Positions 1-8,981 of a stretch of 64,000 nt of DNA are shown here, in pieces (the stretch's first letter is position 1; the number at the start of each line of letters is the position of its first letter). The stretch covers positions 23,679-87,678 of the forward strand of contig CAVYGH010000011.1 of NCBI GenBank assembly GCA_963767945.1, read 5' to 3'. This stretch comes from an uncultured Chloroflexia bacterium (lineage in GTDB: Bacteria > Chloroflexota > Limnocylindria > Limnocylindrales > CSP1-4). Position numbers and translations under genes: made by a program. A model generated the notes under the pieces. It was not told the DNA's origin, ran no database searches, and saw only the letters and a program-made list of their open reading frames with translations.

Positions 1-603
1 CGCTGGCGGGCGAGCGGCCGGCCGATGATCGTGGTCGCCGGCCACGTCGGCAGCAACGAGGCCGTCGGCGCGGCGCTGGCCGAGCGGGGCCTCCCCGTCA
101 GCGTGATCGCCGACGACTCCGCGTTCCCCGAGCTGTTCGACCTGCTGCGGCGGCAGCGGGAGGCCTGGGGGGTCACCCTCATCCCGTGGCGGAACCTGCG
201 TGAGCTCTACCTCGTGCTGAAGCGCAACGAGATCCTGGCCCTCCTGGTCGACTGGGGCTATCGGAGCGATGGGATCCCGGTCAAGCTGTTCGACGCGTGG
301 ACGACGCTCCCGGCCGGCCCCGCCGCACTGGCGGCGAAGAGCGGCGCCCTGATCGCCCCGGTCGCCGTCCGCCGCCTGGCTGACGGGCGGTATCGGCTGG
401 AGATCCGGGAAGGCTTCACGGTCCCGTCCTCGGATCCGGCCGACATCCAGCGGGCGACGCAGCGGATCGCCGACGCGCTCCAGGCCACGATCGCCGCGGC
501 CCCCGAGCAGTGGTACAGCTTCAAGCCGATGTGGCCCGCGGACCCGGCCGAGGCCCGGTCGCTCGAGGCGCAGGCGATCGCGACGGGACCGGCGTCGTCG
601 TGA
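1..603 (+). CDS. LPLAT-family acyltransferase (HtrB/PatA-like), 5' end outside window
   Basis: Frame open from nt 1 (ORF track 25..603). It has an H-x4-E motif 'HVGSNE', 'LVDWGYRSDGIPVKLF' and an 'APEQWYSFKPMWP' tail. These resemble lipid A/PIM-type acyltransferases. It is a paralogue of the next gene. Confidence 0.7.
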   Translation, partial: RWRASGRPMIVVAGHVGSNEAVGAALAERGLPVSVIADDSAFPELFDLLRRQREAWGVTLIPWRNLRELYLVLKRNEILALLVDWGYRSDGIPVKLFDAWTTLPAGPAALAAKSGALIAPVAVRRLADGRYRLEIREGFTVPSSDPADIQRATQRIADALQATIAAAPEQWYSFKPMWPADPAEARSLEAQAIATGPASS

Positions 604-777
604 CGGGTTCGGCGGCCACGGAGCCGGCGGCCGTGGACGCGCGCCCGCCCGCCGCCCCGCGCCGGTCGGACCGGACTGCGGGGCTCGCTGCTGCTGGCGG
701 CCGCGGGCCTGGTCGCGCGACTCCCGGAACGGCCGCTGGTCGCCGCGGCGGAGTCGATCGGCGAGCTCTGGTACCGC

Positions 778-1614
778 GTGGCGCCGGCCCGGCGCGCCCA
801 GGCGCGGGCGAACCTGGCCCGCGTCTGCGAGGCCCTCGCGGCCAGCGGCCGGGGCAGCGCGGCGGCGCGGCGGGCCGCGACGGACCCGGACGCGCTCGAG
901 CGCCTGGTGCGAGCGGCCTTCCGCCACACGGCGCGCTACTACCTCGAGGTGGCCCGCGCGGGCGCCTACGACCTCGACGACGCCCTGGCGCGGCTGGACA
1001 TCGACGACGAGGCGGACGTCCGGGCGGCGCTGGGCGGCGGATCGCCGGTCATCATCGTGGGCATGCACTTCGGCGCGATCGAGCTCCCGGTCGTGCTCCT
1101 GGCCAACCTCGTCGGCCATCCGGTGACCGCCCCGATGGAGGCCGTCGCCGACCCGGCGCTCCAGGGCTGGTTCGTCGCCTCCCGCGGGCGGATCGGCGTC
1201 AACATCGTGCCCCTCGCCGACGCCCGCCGGACGCTGCTCCGGACGCTCCGATCGGGCGAGTCGATCGGCCTCGTCGCCGATCGCGACCTGACCGGGACCG
1301 GCATCGACGTCCCGCTGTTCGGCCATCCCGCCCCCATCGCCGTCGGCCCCGCGCTGCTGGCCATGGAGACCGGCGCGCCGATCTATGCCAGCGCGGCGCG
1401 GCGCGTCGCCGGCGGCCGCTACCGATGCCGCGTGTTCCTCGTCCCCGCGCCCGAGACCGGGACCCGACGGGAGCGGCTCATCGCCCAAACGGCGGCCATC
1501 GCGGCCGCGTTCGAGTCGATCGTCGCCGACGCGCCCGAGCAGTGGTGGGGCGCCTTCCACCCGATCTGGCCCGACCTGGCCGCGCCGGATGGCCCGGCGG
1601 CGAGCTCGACATGA
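778..1614 (+). CDS. LPLAT-family acyltransferase (PatA/HtrB-like), second tandem copy; true start probably upstream of 778
   Basis: ORF track 778..1614. Motifs: 'HFGAIE' (H-x4-E), 'VADRDLTGTGIDVPLFGHPA' and an 'APEQWW' tail. The conserved N-terminal anchor 'LLLAAAGLVARLPERPLVAAAESIGELWY' continues in-frame up to the TGA at 601-603 without any ATG/GTG/TTG. Confidence 0.75.
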   Translation: MAPARRAQARANLARVCEALAASGRGSAAARRAATDPDALERLVRAAFRHTARYYLEVARAGAYDLDDALARLDIDDEADVRAALGGGSPVIIVGMHFGAIELPVVLLANLVGHPVTAPMEAVADPALQGWFVASRGRIGVNIVPLADARRTLLRTLRSGESIGLVADRDLTGTGIDVPLFGHPAPIAVGPALLAMETGAPIYASAARRVAGGRYRCRVFLVPAPETGTRRERLIAQTAAIAAAFESIVADAPEQWWGAFHPIWPDLAAPDGPAASST

Positions 1615-2450
1615 CCTCGCCGGTCCACGCGCCCGATCCCACGACCAGGCTCGGCCGCGCCGACCTGCACATCCACACGCTCGCGTCCGATGGCACCGCG
1701 CCCGTGACCGAGATCCTCGACCACGTCGAGCGCGAGGGCATCCTGGACGTGATCGCGATCACCGATCACGAGCGCATCGACGCGGCGCTGGCGGCCCGCC
1801 GGATCGCCCTGGATCGCGGCCTGCGGACCCGGGTCATCGTGGGCGAGGAGATCAGCACGCGCGGCGGGCACCTGCTGGGGCTGTTCCTGGAACGGCCGGT
1901 CCCCGCCCTGCGCAGCCTCCGCTGGTCCGTCGGCGCGGTCCACGAACAGGGCGGGATCGCGATCCCGGCGCATCCCCTCGTCCCGTATCCGCTGTGTGCC
2001 CAGGGCTTCGTGCTCCGGCGCCTGCTCGAGGACGCGGACCCGGCCGTCCGCCCGGACGCCGTGGAGACGTTCAACCCCACGGCACTCGGCCGCTACTGGC
2101 ACGAGCGGGTCGTCCGCTTCGCCGCCGAGCACGGGCTGGCCCAGGTCGGCAACAGCGACGCGCACGCCGCCGAGGCCATCGGCACCGGCTGGACGACGTT
2201 CCCGGGCCGGACCGAGGAGGACGTCCGGCAAGCGATCCTCGGCCGCGAGACCCGCCACCACGGCAGCTTCCACGGCACGGCCGGGCAGCTCGGGACGTTC
2301 GGTCGGCAGCTGCGCAAGTACGGCCGCGACGCGCGGGCCGAGGTCGGCGGCCGGCTGCGGCGGGACGGCACCGGGCGCGATCACGGCTACCCCGGCGGAC
2401 GCCTCCGCCCGCCGCGCTTCCAGCCGGCCGAGGGCGAGGGCCGGCGGTGA
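1611..2450 (+). CDS. PHP-domain metal-dependent phosphoesterase
   Basis: This is the real 3' part of ORF 510..2450. ATG 1611 overlaps the upstream stop (ATGA). 'ADLHIHTLASDG', 'ITDHE', 'PAHP' and 'NSDAH' are PHP-type His/Asp metal-ligand motifs. Confidence 0.8.
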   Translation: MTSPVHAPDPTTRLGRADLHIHTLASDGTAPVTEILDHVEREGILDVIAITDHERIDAALAARRIALDRGLRTRVIVGEEISTRGGHLLGLFLERPVPALRSLRWSVGAVHEQGGIAIPAHPLVPYPLCAQGFVLRRLLEDADPAVRPDAVETFNPTALGRYWHERVVRFAAEHGLAQVGNSDAHAAEAIGTGWTTFPGRTEEDVRQAILGRETRHHGSFHGTAGQLGTFGRQLRKYGRDARAEVGGRLRRDGTGRDHGYPGGRLRPPRFQPAEGEGRR

Positions 2451-3733
2451 AGATCGGGCTGGTCTCCCCGTACGTCTACCCGCTCCCGGGCGGCGTCACC
2501 CAGCACGTCCGGTACCTGTACGAGAACCTGCGCCAGCGCGGCCACGACGTGCGGATCCTGACCTCGTCCCACGGCCTGCAGCGGGCGTCTGAGGGCGACG
2601 TGATCCGCCTCGGCAAGGGCTTCTCGATGCCCGCCAACGGCTCGGTGGGGACGGTCACGCTCTCGTTCCGCTACATCTCCCAGGTGCGCGAGGTCCTCGA
2701 GCGGGAGCGGTTCGACGTCCTCCACTTCCACGAGCCGTTCGTCCCGTTCCTCTCGCTCGTGATCCTGCGGGAGTCGCAGAGCGTCAACATCGCGACGTTC
2801 CACGCCTACGGTGGCTGGTCGCCGGCCTACGAGTTCGGCAGCCGGGTCATGGGCGCCTACGCCGAGCGGCTGCACGGCCGGATCGCGGTGTCAGCCGCCG
2901 CCCGGCACTTCATCGACCGCTACTTCCCGGGCGACTACAAGGTGATCCCGAACGGTGTCGACGTGGAGCGCTTCCGGCGCGCCGTGCCGATCGCCCGCTG
3001 GCAGGACGGGACGGCCAACATCCTGTTCGTCGGCCGGTTCGAGCCGCGCAAGGGCGTCCTCGACCTCCTCCAGGCCTACCGGATCCTGCGCAAGACCGGG
3101 TGCAACTGCCGGCTGCTGCTGGTCGGCGGCGGGCCCCAGGAGCGCGAGGCGCGGCGGTACATCGCGACCCGCCGGCTCCACGGCGTGGAGTTCCTCGGCC
3201 GCGTCTCGGACGACGAGAAGGCGCAGCTGTTCCGCACGGCCGACGTGTACGTCTCGCCGGCCACGGGCCGGGAGTCGTTCGGCATCGTGCTCCTCGAGGC
3301 GATGGCGGCCGGGGCGCCGATCGTCGCCTCCGACATCCACGGCTACAAGGGGGTGGTGCGGCGGGACCGCGAGGCGCTGCTGGTGCCGCCGCGCCAGCCG
3401 AAGGCGATCGCGGCCTCGATCGCGCGCCTGCTCAGCGATCCGGCGACGGCGTCGACGATGTCGACCGCGGGAGCGGTGCGCGCCGAGGAGTTCAGCTGGC
3501 CGCGGGTGACCGCCAAGGTCGAGGACTACTACGGCTTCGCGATCCGGCGCCTCGCGGCCACCGGCCCGCTGCCCGCGCACTTCACGGCGACCATCCCGCC
3601 CTCGCCGCGGACCCCGGCGGGGAACCCGTCGCGCGACGGCTACCCGGCGGGGGCGCCCTCGGAGCCGCCCGCGTCGCCGGTGGCGGCCTCGTCGCCCTCC
3701 GCCGCGGCCATCCGCCAGACCCAGGTCGAGTAG
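2447..3733 (+). CDS. GT4 (GT-B) glycosyltransferase, PimA-like mannosyltransferase family
   Basis: GTG 2447 overlaps the PHP stop (GTGA). It has the 'KIGLVSPYVYPLPGGVTQHV' N-terminus, 'FVGRFEPRKG' and the E-x7-E region 'GRESFGIVLLEAMAAGAPIV'. It ends in a roughly 45-aa Pro/Ala/Ser tail. Confidence 0.8.
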   Translation: MKIGLVSPYVYPLPGGVTQHVRYLYENLRQRGHDVRILTSSHGLQRASEGDVIRLGKGFSMPANGSVGTVTLSFRYISQVREVLERERFDVLHFHEPFVPFLSLVILRESQSVNIATFHAYGGWSPAYEFGSRVMGAYAERLHGRIAVSAAARHFIDRYFPGDYKVIPNGVDVERFRRAVPIARWQDGTANILFVGRFEPRKGVLDLLQAYRILRKTGCNCRLLLVGGGPQEREARRYIATRRLHGVEFLGRVSDDEKAQLFRTADVYVSPATGRESFGIVLLEAMAAGAPIVASDIHGYKGVVRRDREALLVPPRQPKAIAASIARLLSDPATASTMSTAGAVRAEEFSWPRVTAKVEDYYGFAIRRLAATGPLPAHFTATIPPSPRTPAGNPSRDGYPAGAPSEPPASPVAASSPSAAAIRQTQVE

Positions 3734-6700
3734 GCGACCACCGCGCAGGCGATCGCGAGGAACACGAGCAGCAGCGCGAACTTGGCGTCGGCGAACGAGA
3801 TCGCACCGCTCCGGTCGAGGGTGTTCACCGAGAACTGGAACGCGTACAGGTAGGTCGGCAGGATGCCCTGGTACGCGTTGACGAGCGTCGAGGGCAGCGG
3901 CAGCGCCGCGATGTTCGGATACAGGATCACGAACCAGACGCCGGCGGCCAGCACGAAGCCGACCACGAACCGGCGCGAGTCGCGGGCGGTGATGACCTGC
4001 AGGCCGACCAGCGCCAGCGGGATCGCGACCAGCAGCGCGATGAGCTCGGGCACGACCCCGTTGATCGAGAACAGCACGGCGTCCGCCGGCAGCGCGCGCG
4101 TCAGCGCGATCACGAGCCCGCCCACGAGCGCCGTCACGGCCAGGGGCAGCAGGTCCCGCGGCCCGATCGATCCGCCGCCCTCGCGCGGCCGCGTCAGGTC
4201 GAACAGCAGCTTCACGAGGACGATCAGGGTCACCAGCCCGACCACGGCGAGCGCCGCCGCGGACGGCGTCACGACCAGGTTGCCGGGGTTCCCGTTGCAC
4301 GCCTGCGACCCGGCGTTGACGGACTCGACGTTCGCGATCCCGCACAGCGGCTGGCGCAGCATCCACAGGATGACCGGCGCGAACAGCGCGGCCACGGCCG
4401 CGACCCGCGCGACCAGCCACGTCCGGCGCGACGGCCCGTGCCACAGCTCGGCGACGAAGTACGCGAGCGCGAGGAACAGGAACGGCAGGCTCGTGTAGTA
4501 GTGGTACTGGAACGCGGCCCGGTCGATCCGCGCCCACGAGATCCACTGGCACAGGAACCCGATCAGGATCATCGCGAGCGGCAGGCTGCGGCGCTTGAAC
4601 CCCTGGTACGCCACGAACACCATGGCCGGGATGCCGACCCACCACAGGATCACGTTGCCGGCGTCGTAGATCGACGCGGCGGTCGAGTTCGCGAAGCTGC
4701 CCTGGTAGAACCAGACCGGCTTGAGGTTGAGCGGCCACGCCCACCAGGGCGAGCTGGCCGGGTGCGGCGCGGTCAGGTTGTTGTGGTAGCGGTACATCTC
4801 GCCGGTGAGGTCGAGCAGCGTCTGTCCGGTGTGCCCGGGCGGCCAGCCGGCGACGATCTGGTGACCCTCGATGAACGCCCACGGGAGGTACGTGATCACG
4901 TACACGACCAGCGGCACGGCGAGCAGCGAGCCGACCATCCACACGATGGGCAGGCCCAGCCCAGAGCCGAGCCGCAGCCACCCGGTCGGCGGCGGCGACG
5001 CCGGCGGCAGCAGCCGGCGCGGGTCGTCGGGTCCAGGGGCCTTGGCCATCGGACCGAATCCGTACCGGGCGGCGACCTGGAACGCGACGTACATGAGGAT
5101 GCCCACGAGGACGAGCGCGAACCCGACCTCGAGCGGCGTCACCTTGACCGGTCCCGCCGTGAACCCCGTGCCCGCCTTGCCCACGAGGATCGAGCCGAGC
5201 GCGATCAGGATGCCCAGGCCCGCCGGTCCGGCGACGGCCAGCCACATCTCCTCGTCGGACCAGGCGATCGGGTGGTACACGGTCACGACGACCGCCGCCA
5301 TGGTCAGCGCGATCATGATCAGGATGAACGGGAGGTTGCCCGACGCCCCGCTCCCCGGCGGCACGGCCAGGCCCATCCAGCCGAGGACGCCGGTCAGCCC
5401 GATCATCCCGACGATCAGGAGGAGCCGGCCCAGCGCCGACCGGGCGAGGATCAGGATGCCCAGCGCGCCGATCGCGTAGGCCGCCACCCACTTCGAGGCC
5501 AGGGCGAGCCCGAGGAACAGGCCGATCATCGGCATCAGCGTCCAGAACGCCCAGCGTGGCCGCTCGGGCTTGATCCACAGCCAGGCGAACACGCAGTACG
5601 CGGCCAGGATGAAGGCGCCCACGTAGACGTCGTTCATCGCGATGCGGCTCTGGACGAAGAACATGCCGTCGAGCAGCGCGAACACCCCGACCAGGATCGC
5701 GATCGAGCGTCGCCGGAACAGGATCCGCGCCAGCAGGAACAGCAGGGCGACGGTGATCGCGCCCATCGCCACGCCGGGCAGCCGCCACGCGAACGCGTAG
5801 TCGCCGACGTCGAGCGAGGCGGTCGCTCCGTCGGCCGCGAAGGCCAGGATCTGGCCCCGGTTGGCGGTCGGGTAGTCGGGGTTGTGGTCGAGGACCCACG
5901 CGGTCGGCGCGAACGGGACCCGCTGGTCGGCGAACACGCTCGGGCTGTGCGGCTCGACCACGTACACGGTCGAGCCGGCACCGTCCGGGGTCGTGCCCAT
6001 GACCTCGACCATCTCGGCCGCCGGATCGAACAGCACCCGCGTGCCGGCGCCCGGGAGGGTGAGGGTCCTGATGACGGCGGGGCCCTCGTCGGCGTCATCC
6101 CCGGTGACCGCGACGACCTTCAGCTGCGGCTCGTCCGTGGCCGGGTCCCGGGTCGTGACGTAGAGCTGCGTGCCGTCCTCGATGCTGCTGACGAGGGCCA
6201 GGCCCTGCGCCCCGCCGTCGAGCTCGACCGTCGCCGCGACGCCGGCGGTGCCGGTGAGCAGCGTCAGGCCATCGGAGCCGGCGACGCCCAGCCGCGGCAC
6301 GCCCTCGATCGTGATCCCGGTCAGGCGCCCGTCGTCGATCGCCGACTGGAGGGCCGCCCGCGTGTCGCCCGTCGGGACCGGGGCGACGACCACCGAGTCC
6401 TGCTCGACGTCCGCGAGGCCGACCTCGTAGTCCGCGGCGTCGCCGCCGATGATCGCCGCGAGCTCGCTCGCCGCGGCCGCAGCGTCGTCGATGTCGGCCG
6501 GCGTCGCGACGATCGCGTCTCCGCTGCCCGCCGCCGCCATGTCGACCGCGCCGGCGACGACCGTGCGACCCGTCTCGCCACCCGTGTCCGGGTCCACGAC
6601 CACCACGGTGTCCCCGGGGAGGATGGCGGCGACGTGCGACCCGTCCTCGAACGTCGCCAGGCGGGTGATCGGGCCGTCGAGCGTGGCGACCAGCTCGGGC

Positions 6701-8961
6701 TGCACGACCTGCTCGAGCCCGCCGGGGTCGAGCCCGTCGAGCGTGGCCACGTCGAGGGCCAGCAGCTCGCCCGACTCCGTCCCCACGTACAGCCGATCGC
6801 GGTCGGCGTCGTAGGTGATCGCGCTGGCGCCCGGCACGCTCCACGACGCGATCTCCTTGCGCGTCTGCAGGTCGTACCCGGACAGCGCGGAGCCGGTGAC
6901 CACCCACACGCGGTCGCCGTTGCGGGCGCTGGACGAGACGGAGTCCGGTCGCCGCGGCTCGATGGCCGCGTCGCGCACCGGGACGCCGAGCTCGCTGGTG
7001 GCCTCCGTGTCGTGCCCGGCGAACAGGACGATGCCGCCCGCCATCGCGTACTTCGCGAGATGCGGGTGCGTCCACTCGTAGATGTAGTGCGAGAGGCCGT
7101 AGCGCCAGTCCTGCAGGAACTCGGCCGCCGTGCGCGCGTGGTAGACCTCGTCGAAGTGCATCCGGGCGGGCTCGGCCAGCCGGAACATGCGCAGGCCCAT
7201 CGCGGCGACGACGAGCACGATCAGGATCCACAGGTCCAGCCGGTCGAACCGCCCGCGGCCCTCCGTCGCGAGCAGGCGGGACCGGTCGGGGCGGATGGGC
7301 GTCTCGTCGATCTTCCCCTTGAGCCAGGCGATCGGCCCCACCTCCGACCACGCCGGGCGGTCGAACCACGCCGGGACCAGGCGCCGTGCCGGGGCGACGG
7401 CCGCCGCGGTGCCGGCCGGGAGGCCGCTCACGCCGGGCGTCATGGGCACGCCGGGCGCGCCCACCGCCCCGGGCGGTGCCGTGGCCTCGGCAGGCGCGTG
7501 CAGCTCTCGTCCCTCCTCGAGCTCCGCGGCCAGGGAGCGGCGGGCGGCCGGCCGCAGCTGGGCGAACGCCCACAGGAAGACGCCGGTGTTGAGCAGCGCG
7601 ACGAGGGTCACGCCGGCCTGGGACCGGATCCCCTCGCCGATCCCCAGCCAGTCGCGGATGCTCGGGTTGTCCGGGTAGAGCGCGGTGAGGACGACGTACA
7701 TGTTCAGGAACGTCGCCACGGACGCCACGATGTAGGCGATCCGCCAGCGCCACGAGAACGCGAACGGGATGGCCGCCAGCGCGAACAGCGGGAACAGGTA
7801 GCGCTCGTGGACCCGTGTCGGGACGGCGAAGAAGGCGAGCGCGAGGACCGAGACGCCCACGAGGATCGTGAGCCGGTCGGGCCGGCGGGCGACGAGGAAG
7901 GGCACGATCACGAACAGCAGCAGCCCGAGGGCCACGCCGCCGACCGCGGCGGCGGGAAACGGCCCGATCGACGCCCAGCTGGTCGCGTCGGCGACGGGCG
8001 CGTCGAAGATCCAGGCCCCGTTGGTGGCCATGCTCTGGCCGTCGACCGGGAACAGCGCCCACAGGTTGTACGCGTTGACGGTCACGTACGAGTAGGTCGA
8101 GGCCGTGCTCAGGATGAGCCGCACGAGCGACGAGTCGACGAACGGCGCCGTGCCGGAGAACGAGACCACGGAGATCCCGAACGGCGCCGAGAGGACGACC
8201 GCCGTGGCGAAGCCGGCGATGCCCGTGGACACGATCCGGATCCAGCCGGTGGTCCGCCGCTCCCAGCCGAACCCGGACGGCTCGGGCGGGGCCTCGTCGC
8301 CGAAGCCGCCCTGCGGCCAGAGGGCGCGCCGGATCGTGACGAAGGCCACGATCGGGACGAGGATCGCGAGCTGCGGCTTGACCAGGGCGGCGACCACGGC
8401 GAGGATCGCCGCCCGTTCGGAGCGCGCCTTCCACAGCTCCCGGACCGACAGCAGCAGGAACACCGTGCCGAAGCTGTCGACCTGGCCCCAGACCACCGAG
8501 TCGAACCAGGTGATCGGGTTCACGATCACCACGGCCCCGGCGAGCGTCGCGCGTCGCTCGCTGACGCCGAGGTCGCGGGCCATCCGGTAGACGATGTAGC
8601 CGAGCGCGACGTCCGTGAGGATCGCCGGCAGCTTGATCAGGTCGCCGATGCCGCCCAGGAACTGGCCGACGACGCCCACGACCCACAGCGCATAGAGGTA
8701 GCCGGGCGTGTAGTCGGCGAAGAAGCCGCGATCGTAGAAGCCGAACGGACCCTGCTCGGCGAGGCTGGCCGCCCAGTACCGGAACAGGCCGAGGTCGGAC
8801 TCGAACCCGGAGCCGCGGAGCCCTTCGTACCCATATGCCATGATCAGCCGGAGCACCAGGCCGATCGCCACGATCGCCAGGATCTGCCAGCCGATACCTC
8901 GCCGGGGGGTCTCGTCCGTCATCGTTTCCCGGCCGGGCGCGCCCGAACCCAGACCGGACAC
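3640..8961 (-). CDS. Giant (1773 aa) membrane protein: N-terminal GT-C mannosyltransferase-like module fused to a GT39/PMT-type module carrying a ~400-aa propeller-like insert
   Basis: AGGAGG lies 6 nt upstream of GTG 8961. The N-terminal module is multi-TM with 'FFADYTPGYLY' and 'WGQVDS'. The PMT motifs are 'MHFDEVYHARTA' (aa 601), 'THPHLAKY', 'FFVQSRIAMNDVY' and a C-terminal 'PWWAWPLNLKPVWFY...AAFQYHYY'. The single uninterrupted ORF shows strong GC3 bias. Confidence 0.85.
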   Translation of the reverse strand: MSGLGSGAPGRETMTDETPRRGIGWQILAIVAIGLVLRLIMAYGYEGLRGSGFESDLGLFRYWAASLAEQGPFGFYDRGFFADYTPGYLYALWVVGVVGQFLGGIGDLIKLPAILTDVALGYIVYRMARDLGVSERRATLAGAVVIVNPITWFDSVVWGQVDSFGTVFLLLSVRELWKARSERAAILAVVAALVKPQLAILVPIVAFVTIRRALWPQGGFGDEAPPEPSGFGWERRTTGWIRIVSTGIAGFATAVVLSAPFGISVVSFSGTAPFVDSSLVRLILSTASTYSYVTVNAYNLWALFPVDGQSMATNGAWIFDAPVADATSWASIGPFPAAAVGGVALGLLLFVIVPFLVARRPDRLTILVGVSVLALAFFAVPTRVHERYLFPLFALAAIPFAFSWRWRIAYIVASVATFLNMYVVLTALYPDNPSIRDWLGIGEGIRSQAGVTLVALLNTGVFLWAFAQLRPAARRSLAAELEEGRELHAPAEATAPPGAVGAPGVPMTPGVSGLPAGTAAAVAPARRLVPAWFDRPAWSEVGPIAWLKGKIDETPIRPDRSRLLATEGRGRFDRLDLWILIVLVVAAMGLRMFRLAEPARMHFDEVYHARTAAEFLQDWRYGLSHYIYEWTHPHLAKYAMAGGIVLFAGHDTEATSELGVPVRDAAIEPRRPDSVSSSARNGDRVWVVTGSALSGYDLQTRKEIASWSVPGASAITYDADRDRLYVGTESGELLALDVATLDGLDPGGLEQVVQPELVATLDGPITRLATFEDGSHVAAILPGDTVVVVDPDTGGETGRTVVAGAVDMAAAGSGDAIVATPADIDDAAAAASELAAIIGGDAADYEVGLADVEQDSVVVAPVPTGDTRAALQSAIDDGRLTGITIEGVPRLGVAGSDGLTLLTGTAGVAATVELDGGAQGLALVSSIEDGTQLYVTTRDPATDEPQLKVVAVTGDDADEGPAVIRTLTLPGAGTRVLFDPAAEMVEVMGTTPDGAGSTVYVVEPHSPSVFADQRVPFAPTAWVLDHNPDYPTANRGQILAFAADGATASLDVGDYAFAWRLPGVAMGAITVALLFLLARILFRRRSIAILVGVFALLDGMFFVQSRIAMNDVYVGAFILAAYCVFAWLWIKPERPRWAFWTLMPMIGLFLGLALASKWVAAYAIGALGILILARSALGRLLLIVGMIGLTGVLGWMGLAVPPGSGASGNLPFILIMIALTMAAVVVTVYHPIAWSDEEMWLAVAGPAGLGILIALGSILVGKAGTGFTAGPVKVTPLEVGFALVLVGILMYVAFQVAARYGFGPMAKAPGPDDPRRLLPPASPPPTGWLRLGSGLGLPIVWMVGSLLAVPLVVYVITYLPWAFIEGHQIVAGWPPGHTGQTLLDLTGEMYRYHNNLTAPHPASSPWWAWPLNLKPVWFYQGSFANSTAASIYDAGNVILWWVGIPAMVFVAYQGFKRRSLPLAMILIGFLCQWISWARIDRAAFQYHYYTSLPFLFLALAYFVAELWHGPSRRTWLVARVAAVAALFAPVILWMLRQPLCGIANVESVNAGSQACNGNPGNLVVTPSAAALAVVGLVTLIVLVKLLFDLTRPREGGGSIGPRDLLPLAVTALVGGLVIALTRALPADAVLFSINGVVPELIALLVAIPLALVGLQVITARDSRRFVVGFVLAAGVWFVILYPNIAALPLPSTLVNAYQGILPTYLYAFQFSVNTLDRSGAISFADAKFALLLVFLAIACAVVAYSTWVWRMAAAEGDEAATGDAGGSEGAPAG

Positions 8962-8981
8962 GGGGAGCCTCCTACGCAGCG

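Noticed and set aside
510-1610. 5' two-thirds of ORF 510..2450
   Set aside because: Only the part from ATG 1611 (PHP domain) has recognisable protein features. The upstream part is an out-of-frame overlap of the acyltransferase gene.
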